A stretch of 50,611 nucleotides of DNA, taken from assembly GCA_048213135.1 (NCBI GenBank), contig PS015096.1, forward strand, positions 30,657 through 81,267. Reading direction: 5' to 3'. The DNA is from Reclinomonas americana ATCC 50394. Lineage: Eukaryota. The notes beneath the pieces were generated by a model, which saw nothing but the letters and a program-made list of their open reading frames with translations, was not told the origin of the DNA and made no database searches. Within the stretch, counting starts at the first letter, position 1. Each line of letters begins with the position of its first letter. A program made the position numbers and the translations under genes. Shown in pieces: positions 12,998 to 25,088 of the stretch.

Positions 12998-15900
12998 TTA
13001 CGCCGGTGGCACGGTCCGCGAGTTCTCGGTAATGTGCTGCACGAAAGAACAGCAATGTGAGGCTCAAGGTGTTGGCTCTGTGTGTACGCGTGTGTTTGTC
13101 GCTCACCGCCTGCAGCGCCTGCACCCACTCTTCGCGAACAATGTGATTGGCCGCCTCAAAATCGACCGTGCGGTCCGCCGTCTGGATGTAAAATGTCTGG
13201 GTGATCTTGTTGCCTGTGTGTGTGTGCACACAATGGTGAGGATCACGGTACGAGGCGACTGGATAGAAAACGAAAAGGACGAAACAGACTGCGGCACGCG
13301 ACAGAATGTCGGAGCCCGAGTTGCCACTCTTGACGGTGGCACCGACCAGCGACACGCTGCGTTCGGCCTTGCGACGATCGGGTGTGGTCCACACCAAATT
13401 CATGCCCTTTACCTGCACGAAACGTGCATGTGGAGCTCCACGATGACCGTGCTTGACAAATATTTGACCTGTGTGTGTGTGCACAATCAGAGTCGAAGTC
13501 CATTCCGCAAAACAGAGCAAGTGACAACACACACACACGCACCATCGGCAAGCAGACGCATGCGGCGTTCGGGTGTGGCACCAATGGCTCGCGACTCGGC
13601 CAGCTGGTCGGTCAGTGCGCCGACCTGCGTGCTGAGTTCGTTGATGCGATGCTCGTTCACTTCACGCTCGCGGCCGCGGGTCAACTCGAGTGCATCCTGC
13701 GATAATGACATGTGAGCACTGGGGAAAAAAACGAACGACACTTGTCGCTCACCTTAGCTGTGCGCACGGCCTCCAGCTCACCACGAGCGGCGCGCAAGCG
13801 AGTCTCCAGCTCATGCATCAGTTGCTTCATCTGCTCATTGGCAGCCACCACTGACGACGCTCCCGCAGCGTTGGTCTGTGCGGCGGCAGCCGAGGCCTCG
13901 GCCACGGCCAATGCCCGGCGCAGACTGTCCACTTCGTCGTCGCGTGCGTGGGAGGCGGAAGTCGCCGCCGCCAACTGCTCACGTACGGTTGTAATCTCGG
14001 CATCGCGTTGCGCCACCGTCGCCTCCAAATGTGGTACCCTGCGTGCGAGCACGTCGTGCTTCTCCTGCAACTCTGCCAACTGTCGTCGCAACGCTGCCGC
14101 CTCCTCCGATGCCACTGGCGATGCCACTGGCGATGCGGCCTGGAGGGGGAAGGTGAGATCGATACAAGAGTGACTGAAGATAGAAAGGTACGCAACAGCA
14201 GGCACGGGACTGCTCGACGACACTGGCATGGCGCGTTCACGCTGCAGTCGCTCCGCCTCCTGTGCCAAAGCTCGCTCCTTCTCTTGCAGCTTGGTTTCCT
14301 GGCGAAAACGAAACGTGGGTGTGTGCGGTGCATGCACACTCAACACAAATGAGACGCACCAGATCCAACAATTGCTTCTGTCGTTTCTCCGCCTCCTCGC
14401 GCAGTCGCAGCTCCTCGCGTTCGCGTGCCAACAGCTTTTGCTCCTCCTGCTCGCGTGCCTGCAGCAGAATTTCCCGCATACGCCGGTTCTGGTTGGCAAA
14501 TTGCTGTGGAAGAACAGGCAAGGGCGGTTGGTGAGGGAACAGGAACACGAAAAAATAAAGAAAAGTGGCGCTGCGGCGCACCCTCAAGAACGCCATAAAG
14601 TCCTCCGAGTCGAAGCAGCCGCGCGGTCCCGACTCCAACGACACCGCCACACACATGCGCTTGTTGTTCCGCACTCCATCGTCGGCTGCTAGGTCGTCGC
14701 CTCGCATCAGATTTCTGCATCCAAAAGGATGGTGAGTTGAACGGCACGCACACAAAAAGTGCAAGTGCCGTTGAGAGCACGCAACAATATGTGCGACTCG
14801 ACGCCCTTGTCCAGAGTCATGAGCGAGTAACGTACGCGCCCCTTGGCACCCTGCGGCACATTGACCAGATCCAGCGACCGTAATCGGTCCGTAAGATACT
14901 TGCCGCATTGCTGATCCTCGCGGACCTGCACGTAAGAGGGAGAGGGGTCAGTGAGGGACAGGAGAGAGAGGGGAGAGAGAGAGAGAGAGAAGGAGAGGGG
15001 GAGAGAGAAGGAGAGGGAGAGAGAGAAGGAGAGGGAGAGAGAAGGAGAGAAGGAGAGGGAGAGAGAGAGAGAGAGAGAAAGAATAGAAGAGAGAGAGAGA
15101 GGCCGGCGCACCTGATGCAAGCACGCGAGCGCCACGCCAATGACGTTCTCGCCCCACGATGATGTCAGCAGCTGAAGTGATTTGGCGGCCTCGCGCGCAA
15201 TCGGCGGCTGCTCGTACTCGCTCACCGCCCACGACGGTGTCGTCACGTGCGACAGAGCTGTCGGGGAGCGCCGAAGTACGGAAGGACGACGCTGTCGCGA
15301 CGAGCCGCCGCCGGAGCCGTTGGTCGATGCCGCCGAGGCCGACGAGGAGTACAAGATGCTTTCCAGCAGGACCTGCACACACAAAAATCAGATGCCGCCC
15401 ACCAGCCCAACACACAGGAGGTGGTGACGAACCGACAGACTGATGGCGTCGGGGTCGGAGAGCTGGATGCCGAGGAGGTTGTTCAGTTGTTTCTCATACC
15501 TACAACAGGAGAAGAGTGAGAACTTGGGAGAAACGGCGTGGTGTGCGTGTGAATACTCGCAGTCGCACCGTGGTTGAATAAACTCGCTCAGCGCGAAAAT
15601 GTACTTGCTCTCGCGCACGGGGCAGTCGCGCAGAATGACGGCGCGCACCTCGTCCGACTGCGGGAACAGCAGATTCTTGGTGGCAAACATGGGATTGCGA
15701 GCCACCTGCGGGGGCGGGCCTGTGCGACACACGGGCGTCAGCGTGCGACACAACATCGCCGAGTGATCCTTGGTCACTCAACTCATGGACGACGACGAAT
15801 CGCCTGGAACGCGAGGCGTCTGCGGCAAGAGTGTCCGTGGTGTGATCATGTCGTCGAGGAGACCCTCCTCCTTCAGCAGCTGCTGCTCCGCCGAACCCTC

Positions 15901-16452
15901 TGCCGACAGAGACCAACGATTCAGATCACACACGATCGACAGCCAGATCGCCAAACAACAAGCCTCACCGTCAAAGCGCAGCATAAAGAGCAGAGTCTGC
16001 CACTCGCGCAGGTAGCGAACAGTATCCTGCTGTCCGCCAGGGCCGCTGCCGGTCGGCGACATCGCACTCTGCGGGCGCGCCAGACTGCGTGTGCGACGAC
16101 ACACACTGCGGGTCAGCAAAAGTACGGAAAGAGACAAGCGATGAGGGGGGAAAATAAGACGCAACGCAATGCGCACGATGCGCAGGTGCTCCTTGAGGAA
16201 GGTCAGCGAGTGGTCGCGAATCTGCTGCTCTTCCGCCGGACTCGGCCGCTCGACCAGGCGCACAGTTTTGTGCGGAGTCGCATAGTCACCACCCGCGCTC
16301 GAAATCGACTTGATGTCGGTGGCGTCGTCAAACACCGCACGAATCGCGAGGGTGAGCTCGGAGACAACACCGGAGTTGCGCATGAGGATCAGTGCGTCGA
16401 TGCCGTCGGGGTGTTGTGTGAAGCTGTCGGCGTCGACCTGCAGATGGAGTGC

Positions 16453-16489
<37 letters not shown>

Positions 16490-19400
16490 AGAATGCGAGA
16501 CGCAACGACAAACTCCAGTTGCGTGTCGTAGAGACCGTGGATCAAGGCGCCAGCTGCTTGGAACGACGACTGAATCTGTCGCAACTCGGCCTCGATGCGA
16601 CGTGTGTCAAGTGAGAGCCACTGCCGCAGCATGCCGCGCATCTCGTGGTCCTGGCAAAGCAAAGGCGGGTGATGAGGGTGAAGGGATGGGAGGCACGATA
16701 GAAAGCAAGAACAGGCCGTAGAGAAGAGGGTGAAGTGAAAGGAGATACTCAGAAAAGGTGGAACACCGAGAAAGGGAAGAGGGGGTGAACGGAAGAGATA
16801 CGCGGAAGAATGCGCAGCCACCGAGCAAGAATGAGAGCAAATGGCGTGGAGAGGAGGACGAAGGGAAGGGAGGCACGAGAGAAAGCGCGATCATCGAGCG
16901 TAGAGAAGAGGGTGAAGTGAAGGGAGAGGCGGAGCACCGAGCAAGAGAAGAGGGGGTGAAGGAATGGGAGGCACGACAGAAAGCAAGAACAGGCCGTAGA
17001 GAAGAGGGCGAAGTGAAGGGAGATACTCAGAAAAGGTGGAGCACCGAGCAAGAGAAGAGGGGGTGAACGGAAGAGAGACGTGGGAGAATGCGCGGCCACC
17101 GAGCAAGAATGAGAGCAAATGGCGTGGAGAGGAGGACGAAGGGAAGGGAGGCACGAGAGAAAGCGCGATCATCGAGCACGACAGAAAAACAGGCCGTAGA
17201 GAAGAGGGCGAAGTGAAGGGAGATACTCAGAAAATGTGGAGCACCGAGCAAGAGAAGAGGTGGTGAACGGAAGAGAGACGCAGGAGAAAGCGCAATCATC
17301 GAATACGAAAGAAGAACGTGCCGCAGAGAAGGGGACAAAAAGAAGAGAGACACTCAGAAAAGGTGGAGCGCAGTCACCGAGCAAGAAAAAGAGTAAATGC
17401 CGAAGAGAAGAAAAGTAAAGGGAGACACTCAGTGCATGCGCAGAGAAGGGGGCGAGGAAAACAGACACAAGTGACATGAAAGAAGAATGTAAAAAGAAGG
17501 GGATACAAAAGCAGGCCAAGAAAGAATGCACCCAATCGAAGAGTCAGAGACGGCGAAAAACCATAAGCTCACGTTACCTTTTGACACTGAATCGGATGGT
17601 TGGTGCCGTCGATAATGTCGCTCAGCACGCCCGACATGCTGAACTTGAAGAACTCGTCGGTATCGTCACGGCGGCGGTGTCTGTGACAACACGCATGAGG
17701 CAACGACACAGAAAAACTGACACACAGGAGCCATGGTCCAAGTACCGGAACACAAGCTTCTTGACACGCTGCCGAAGCACCTCAGCACCGGTGGTGTCGT
17801 TGGCCTCCACCACCAGCAGGCGGTGCAGCCGCTCGATGCGACTCTCGTTGAGGAAGCGGACGCAGGCGACAGGGCGCGCCGACGACACGAACGAGTCAAT
17901 GTCGACCTCCAGCACAAACTACACACGCGAACTAAGCACGTGACGGAGAGAAAGAGAAAGTCTATGGAAGTGAGCACACGCAACATCGTCGCCGAGAATC
18001 GATCGCAGATCGGCAGAGACGCGCGGAATGACAGTCGATGTCAGCGTGTTCAGCTCCACGCCGAGCTGGTACCACTGTTTGTTTTTTTCGACACGCACGC
18101 ACACAGGTGAGTGACAGCCTATTCAACCAAACAATGCAGAGGGAGAAAGAGTGCATCGCACCGCCAGCAGCGCCTCCTTGATGTCGAACGAGGTAGGCAC
18201 ATATGTCGTGTCCGGTCCAGCAGACGAGCTGCCACCGCCACCGCCACTAGAGGGCGACAAGGCACCGGAGGGCGAAGTGATGGGCGGCACGGCATTAAAG
18301 GGGACTTGCAGCTCTTGTGTGCGATTGTCGACAAACACACGAGCCGGCGCAGAGGCGCGTGGGCCCACGTGGAAGATGCTGAAAGAGGCAGAGAGTCAAA
18401 GACTGCGAGGAGGAGAGCAGAAGTATACAAGAAGTCTCACCGAACACCACGCAGGCGCTCGCGTACGGCCTGAATCATGGAGGTGGCCTCGTTGGCCGCC
18501 TGCTGCAGCGCCTTGGTCACATTCGGCGACACTGCCTGCTGCAGCAGACCGGCGGCGCGAGTGGGATACGGCGCCTGCCGAATAGACTCGCGGTCCACCT
18601 GCAACAAAGAAAAGGTGGGCACAAGCACACCATGGACTACTCTGTAATGACGCACCGCCACAGTGATGGAACCAATGGCGCCCAGGTTGCATCCGTACTC
18701 CGACGCCAAACGACTCGACACGTGGTTCTCGGTCTCCTTGGCCACGGCCTCGATGACCACGCTCTTGGCGCGCAGCTCGGCGACAAACGACTCCGGTGTC
18801 GTCTTGGTCCACGGGAAAATGTCGGTGAGGGTCTTGGTGGCCGGCTCGTACGTCGACTGCGTCTCGGTGGCCTCGCGCCAGCGCACAATCACTCCCTGCA
18901 CGCCCTCGCGGATCGTGCGCATGTCGTAGTCGTGTTGCACGCTGTCGCGTTGTTGGGACTGCGGGAGGGAGGGAAGTGAGAAGGAGAAGGAGGGGGAAAG
19001 AGAAAGAGAGAGCGGACGAACCGCAAGCTGCAGGAGAGCCGGAAGCAGATTCTTCTGAATGTGCTCGTAGAACAGCTCGCTGGCTTGCGTGGTCACCACG
19101 TGACTCGAGGGCGCCGAGGACCAGTCAATCTATCAGTGCATTCCGTGAGCACGTCGCTCGACACTCCACGCAAACAGCAAGTGCACACGAACCTGGATCC
19201 AGAACGGACAATCAAACACATGGCCCACACGCTGTGCCTCCTCTGCACACAGTCCATTGTACAGCTCACGCACGTCGTCCTCCACTTGTTGCTCCTGTCG
19301 TCGACAGCGTGAGCGAGATATGCAAACACAGACGCACACGGAAAGATCACCACCAAACCTGCGCATGTCGGAGAGCATTGATCCACTCGGTGCGCTCCTC

Positions 19401-20477
19401 GGCCGAGGAAACACGCAAACGATACAGACGGTGTGCGGTTTGCACAGTGAACGCGAATTGTTGCTTCGTCGCGTCCGTCTCTTCGTCGTCCACACGAACG
19501 GCCGAGTCGCGTTGCATCTCAATGGCGCCCTTGAGAGGGCCCTGTGTGTGAGGGGGTGAGGAGGGGGAAGGGGGGAGAGCACAGGGGAGAGAGGTGGAGA
19601 GGGAGGAGCAAGAGGGGGNNNNNNNNNNNNNNNNNNNNNNNNNNNNNNNNNNNNNNNNNNNNNNNNNNNNNNNNNNNNNNNNNNNNNNNNNNNNNNNNNN
19701 NNNNNNNNNNNNNNNNNNNNNNNNNNNNNNNNNNNNNNNNNNNNNNNNNNNNNNNNNNNNNNNNNNNNNNNNNNNNNNNNNNNNNNNNNNNNNNNNNNNN
19801 NNNNNNNNNNNNNNNNNNNNNNNNNNNNNNNNNNNNNNNNNNNNNNNNNNNNNNNNNNNNNNNNNNNNNNNNNNNNNNNNNNNNNNNNNNNNNNNNNNNN
19901 NNNNNNNNNNNNNNNNNNNNNNNNNNNNNNNNNNNNNNNNNNNNNNNNNNNNNNNNNNNNNNNNNNNNNNNNNNNNNNNNNNNNNNNNNNNNNNNNNNNN
20001 NNNNNNNNNNGTGCAAGCGTGAGAGAGTGTGTGTGTGTGTGTGTGCGTGTGTGTGTGAGAGAGAGGAGGGAGAGTGTACGTCTGTCAATGTGTCTATGTG
20101 TTAGAGAGAAAGAGCGTGTTGTGCTTGTGTGTGTGCTTGTGTGCTTGCGTGTGTATGCGTGAGGAGAGACACGAGTGTCTGTCTCAATGTGTGTGTGTGA
20201 CTGTGTGTGTGTGCGAGTGACTCACCATTGAGACTGCCATGACACTGGGCGAGGCAGCGGCAGCCGCATCGGAGCCGGAAGCAGGCATGCGCAAGGAGCC
20301 GACGCTGGCGGAGGAGAGGCGCGAGCCCGAGCGGCGGCGCATGTGCTCACTGGCCACACTCGCGCCCGCACTGCCCGCGTCTGTTGGCACTGTCGGTGGT
20401 GTCGGTGGGGGTGTGGGCGGGGTGGCGGAGCCCGGTGGGGAGGCGAGCAGCGAGAGGAGAGAGTTGCCGCCGCTCAT
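12998..20477 (-). CDS. Large multi-exon protein: low-complexity N-terminus, PH domain, internal alpha/beta repeats, coiled coil, C-terminal PH domain
   Basis: First PH, C-terminal half: FAFTVQTAHRLYRLRVSSAEERTEWINALR (N-terminal half probably lost in the gap 19619-20010). C-terminal PH: GQIFVKHGHRGAPHARFV...TFYIQTADRTVDFEAANHIVREEWVQAL. E/Q/R-rich coiled coil at about 13540-14500. Stop TAA at 12998-13000. Confidence 0.75.
14931..15102. repeat. GA-rich simple repeat (GAGAGAGAAGGAGAGGGA-like units) in an intron
   Basis: Direct inspection. Confidence 0.85.
16691..17390. repeat. Purine-rich tandem repeat (about 200-280 bp units, at least 3 copies) in the 927-nt intron 16651-17577
   Basis: The block AGGCCGTAGAGAAGAGGG(T/C)GAAGTGAA(A/G)GGAGATACTCAGAAAA... 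recurs at 16713, 16991 and 17191, with a degenerate copy near 17351. Confidence 0.9.
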
Positions 20478-20889
20478 TTGTGTTTGTGTGCGTGTGAAGA
20501 TATTGGTGAATTGGTCGGTCGCGCTAAATTTCGTTCATTGCTGTTGTGCGCTCTGTGTGATCTCTGCGCTGGGCACGCATTGGGTGCGATAGGTGGTATC
20601 CGTGGCTTGGTTGAGGCCTGTGAACACGTTGCAGACTCGAGCTCGCGCACAGCGCTGCGTCTTGCACGGGTTTGATGCCGAGGCTTGGTGCTCTTCTTTG
20701 CGAGTTATGCAGGATCAGGCCGGCATGCACATGACACTGTCTGGTATCTCCGTTGCTCTCCTGCATGCAGGCGCACCTGTTCGATTCGCAATTTTCTTGC
20801 AAATGTACGTTCCAGCGCTTTGAAGTTTTCATTCGCGATCGTTCTGTTTTGCATGCACTCGCATCCTCTTGGATCTCTCTTGCGACTCA

Positions 20890-21565
20890 CTACTGCTCCT
20901 CGTCAGATCCGGCCGCCGCAGACGCCTTCTTCGCCTCGAGTTCCGCACGCCGCGAGCCGACAGTCGGCACCAACTGCTCATGCTCGATGCAGAGCAACAG
21001 AACAGCGTCGCCGCTGCGAGCCGGATCGTGTCCCTGAATATTCATGTCCCACGAGAACGAGCTGCTGGCTGGCGCTCCCTCCCGGTCGTTCTGCGTGTCG
21101 AAAGACCAGTCGCCAGCACCGTGGACGGAGTACTGTTCCGCATCGTCGCCGACGGCAGCGTGTCCGAGGGTGGAGGCGTGTATCGAGATCTTGGCTGTGC
21201 CCGACACCTGCACAGCAGAGTGGGTCACACGAACCTCAGCAGTTGCGCATGCACTGCGCCGGAGCAATCACCTTCAGCAGCTCGGGGCTTCGAGCAGACA
21301 CCGTCAGCTTGATCCACACAGCGCGGGTGTAGTGCACCTCGGCACTCCACTCCAGGTGCGGGCAAAACGGATCAACGTACGTGGTGCCGTCGAAGGCAGC
21401 CTCAAGGAAAAACCTGCATAATCACGATATGTTCGGAATGAAAGAAGTTGTCTCACTCTCATCGTAGTCAGCAGGAATAAGCACGCGGGTGCATCTCCTG
21501 CAACCTCCTCTCTTGCCTGGGATTCCCCCTCCACAGGGCATGCAATCTCGAGTGGAATACTTTTA
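20890..21565 (-). CDS. Hypothetical protein (start not resolved)
   Basis: Spliced reading SIPLEIACPVEGESQAREEVAGDAPA|FFLEAAFDGTTYVDPFCPHLEWSAEVHYTRAVWIKLTVSARSPELLK|VSGTAKISIH...SDEEQ followed by TAG, with two plausible introns. No family recognised. Confidence 0.5.
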
Positions 21566-22036
21566 GAACCCAAACACGCACACTGTTTTTTCTCTCGCTG
21601 CCGGCGCCGGCCCTTGTATGCGTGCGTGCACGAACATAAAACTGCGCGCCCACTGTGTTGCTACCTCCACCACACACGCAAACACACGCTCACACAGCGG
21701 CTTGCACGTGCAGCAAGCAACACACAACCATTCCGAACACACTTTCGATATCTTCACGCGCAAGCCCACTTCCGACGCACACGCACTCACTACTTCCCAC
21801 CCCACTCGCAAGCGCACACCCCACTCACTTCATTCGAGAGATAAAGCGCGAATGCATTCGTCCTGCACAACGACTTCGAAGTTTATACACCACCACACGC
21901 CTTCGTCATCGCTCTCTCCCTCTATCCCTCTCAGAGACAAGCCAGACAGCACTCCTCCGTCCGGCCAGGCGAGACCCGATTCAACCCACACACACACGCA
22001 GCGCAGGCCTTTTCTCTTCAATCTCTACTCTCGCAC

Positions 22037-22831
22037 TCACGAAGCCGATCCACCAGCCACCACCGCGACACCACCAGCAGCACCCTCCGCTCTCAACTCC
22101 GCACGCAGCCGCATCAGCAGAATACCCAGCATGTTCTTGCCCGTGCTGTTCTCACCACATCCCCAGTAATCTGCAGGCACTCAAGAGTCAGACTCCCTTT
22201 CTCTCTCTTGCGCCTCTCCCCTCTCTCTTTCTCTCTCTTCTCTGTCTTGCGCCTCTCCTCCTCCCTCCCACGCAACAGTCTCCTGCCGCCTCCTCCACCA
22301 CCACAGCATCACCCGTCGAACTGCATTCCGACACCATCAATCACCCACTTGTCATGTCACACACAAACAGTGGGTGGAACGACGCAACAGCAGAGCCTCG
22401 CGACACTCGTCATACTTGGTGAACTTCTCCCGCAACGCCACATACATCACCTCGTCCTTGACTCGCTCCCAGTCGCGTCGCAAGTGCAAGTCACGTGAGC
22501 GTCCGGTTTTGGCGGCGTCGGCGGGTGACTTTTGTGAGCGCACCAGCTCGCTCTCGCGCGGATCCAGGAACTTTTGCGCCTGGAAATAGTGCTCTGTGGT
22601 CGCGTCTGCACATGCACGAGAGAGAGCGAGAATGAGAGACAACAAGATATCGAGAGAGTGTTATTTTTGGCTCCTTGCTGCCTCAACAACGCAACACTTT
22701 ACGCCATCGACCCAGATCGGGTGCTTTTAGAAGTTGGAGAAGCAGCCAAAGGCACCGCGAGTTCCGTAAAAGCCGATGCGTTCTGCATCGTCAGAGTAGT
22801 CGTCGTGATGCCAGCGGGAAGCAAGTGACAT
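22037..22831 (-). CDS. NADAR/YbiA-family N-glycosidase with one in-frame TAA (possible pseudogene or base error)
   Basis: IGFYGTRGAFGCFSNF*KHPIWVDGVK|YATTEHYFQAQKF...LRRDWERVKDEVMYVALREKF...LL|STGDAVVVEEAAGD|YYWGCGENSTGKNMLGILLMRLRAEL matches the YbiA/NADAR motifs. TAA at 22727-22729. Confidence 0.88.
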
Positions 22832-22966
22832 GATGAGTGCGCTGTATGTGGATCTGCATGCAGCACGTGATGTTCTATGAGCAGCAGTTGCAACAGTGGC
22901 AGTTGCCCGCTCTCCACCACACACCTTTAAAAAGTACGGAGAGACAAAAGCCGACGGAGCGATCCG

Positions 22967-25035
22967 ATGAATCCGAACACCTGTTGCTTAGATTACATGC
23001 ACCGGGCGCGATCGGCCAGCGACGAGGGGCCGCAGCTGCTGCTCGCCAACCGCGATGCACACTCATTACAGTCGGGCTCCTCCTCGACCTCCTCAGCCTC
23101 GCCTCGCTCCACTGCCTCAGCCGACGATGAGGAGGGAGACGAGGAGGAGGAGGAGTACGTGATTGGCCTGTCCACCGCGACTGCTGCAGCAGGCGATGGC
23201 ATGATGCCACACACCACACGTGGTGGTCGACATCACCACCACCAGCATCGTCATCATCGTCATCATCATCGCCGACAGCGAGCAGCAGGCAGTGGCGATC
23301 GTGCATCAGTGTCGATGCGCGAGGTGCGACTGGCACGAGCGCGCGAGGCTGCTGCGGCCATGCTGGCGGCGGCCAACAACAGTGCCATTGCATCGCATGG
23401 ATCGTCGGCCACGCAGCAGCAGCCACAGTTGCAGTCACCGGTGCCACCACCGACGGCGGATCGTGACGTGGAGATGGGGCTCGGAGTGGTGTCAGTTGCG
23501 CTGATTGATGAGGACGCGGAGCAGCGGCGGCGGAGACGGCGACGACAGCTGGAGCTCGATGAGGACGAGAGTCAGATGCTCAATGGAGTTGCGGGCCTGG
23601 TGTCGGGACCGGCGGATCGGCAGCGTGCGGCGCCCGTGTCGACGACGCATGTGCGGTTCGCGGTCACTCCGGAGGGGAGCTCGGCAGGTGGTGCCGCCTC
23701 GTCGAGCACCACGTCGAGGCGGCAGTCGCTGGAGCGCTCTCGCTCCGGCTCCGATCGGCTGCCCACGTCGTTCAGTTTGCCGACCATGAACAGTGGTTTG
23801 ATGCTGAACAACGACGACGTGCAGCTGCAGGTGCGTTTTGTGCGCTTGCAGGGGTGCCAAGAGAGAACTCACTCCTCTATTTTCGACAGCACATCGACTT
23901 GCACCAGGAGCGCTTGCTGCACAGCTCGCGCAACTCATCTCGTCGCTCCTCGCCGGCGTCCTCGGTGACGAGTGCGTGGGATGAGGACGGCGATGTGGAT
24001 CACAGCAAGCCAGTGACTTCTGTGGTGGCGCGCATTGTCAAGGTGCGTCGTCGCGGGGAGAGAGCATGTGAACTGAGATGCACTCGTCGCTCACTTTGTA
24101 TTCTGCGCAGCCTGGGAGAGACGACGAGGTTGCGCAGAATTTTTCCCCCCTGCTGCATATTCCTCGCACTCGCCCCTTACCGGTTGCTATTTACAGTACG
24201 TTGCCTGGGCCAAGGAGGGCATTCGCTTGCTACGGTATTCACAAGCTTACCTCCTGAGTTCGCGTCACCTTGTTCCTCACCGTCCGTTCATGCAGTGCCG
24301 AGCCCGGCTACCGTGGCATGACGATGGTGCGACCACGCGGTGGCTCGCGCGAGTACGTGATGATTGGTTCGTAGTGGTGTGCCCCAGTCCTTGTGCGAGA
24401 GATGCTGAGTGTCGGCGTGCGCGCAGCTCATTGGGACACTTACGACGATGTGCGGCGATGGTTCACCTCGGAGGCACGGCAAGCGTGGTACGACAGGTCG
24501 GCCGATTTTAGCGAGGGCGACACAGTTGCCAAGCTGCAGACCGGCATGGAGGGGTTTGTGGATGGCAAGTCCGAATGAGTGGGCATGAAGCTTACTTCGT
24601 GTCTCCACAGTTTTGTCACGTTCGGCGGTGGAGACGCACCGGCACAGAAACCACCACCAAAAGTTTCAACCTGCTGCCTTGCATCTGTACTGCGTGTGCC
24701 GTACTGACCGCTGCTTGTGTTGCGCAGTGGAAAATGGCGCTGCTCGTGCTGCTTGTCATCTACCCGGTCAACTGCTTGCTCGGCACCGTGATGCTCACCG
24801 TGTTCAACGGGAAGCCACCGCCCATACCCGTCAGCCAGCTGATCACTGCGCCGATCGCCATCATCCTCATGACCTACGTGTTGATGTTGCGCGCGCCATT
24901 CCCATTCATGCAACAACCCCGTCTCGCACTCACTGCTCCATTCCCCCACATCGCAGGCCACACGCCACCTACCTGCTGTGGCCACTACTGTACAAGACAC
25001 CACGGCCACCGTACAGGCTACCGTGCCGCGACTAG
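22967..25035 (+). CDS. ABM (antibiotic biosynthesis monooxygenase)-superfamily protein with C-terminal membrane hairpin (bacterial COG3224-like) and long disordered N-terminus
   Basis: Spliced: PVTSVVARIVK|PGRDDE|YVAWAKEGIRLLR|AEPGYRGMTMVRPRGGSREYVMI|AHWDTYDDVRRWFTSEARQAW...TGMEG|F...PPPK|WKMALLVLLVIYP...LMTYVLM|P followed by TAG. Confidence 0.8.
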
Positions 25036-25088
25036 AGACGTAAAAACACACGCAAAGATTTTTCCATTATAAAGACGCACAAAATTAA

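Noticed and set aside
16691-17390. CRISPR-like array or coding repeats
   Set aside because: There are no unique spacers or cas genes, the context is a eukaryotic intron, and the ORFs over it are low-complexity translations.
21414-21460. Apparent GA-AG intron in the hypothetical gene
   Set aside because: An upstream GTGCTT donor gives an ordinary intron of about 71 nt and a sensible reading frame.
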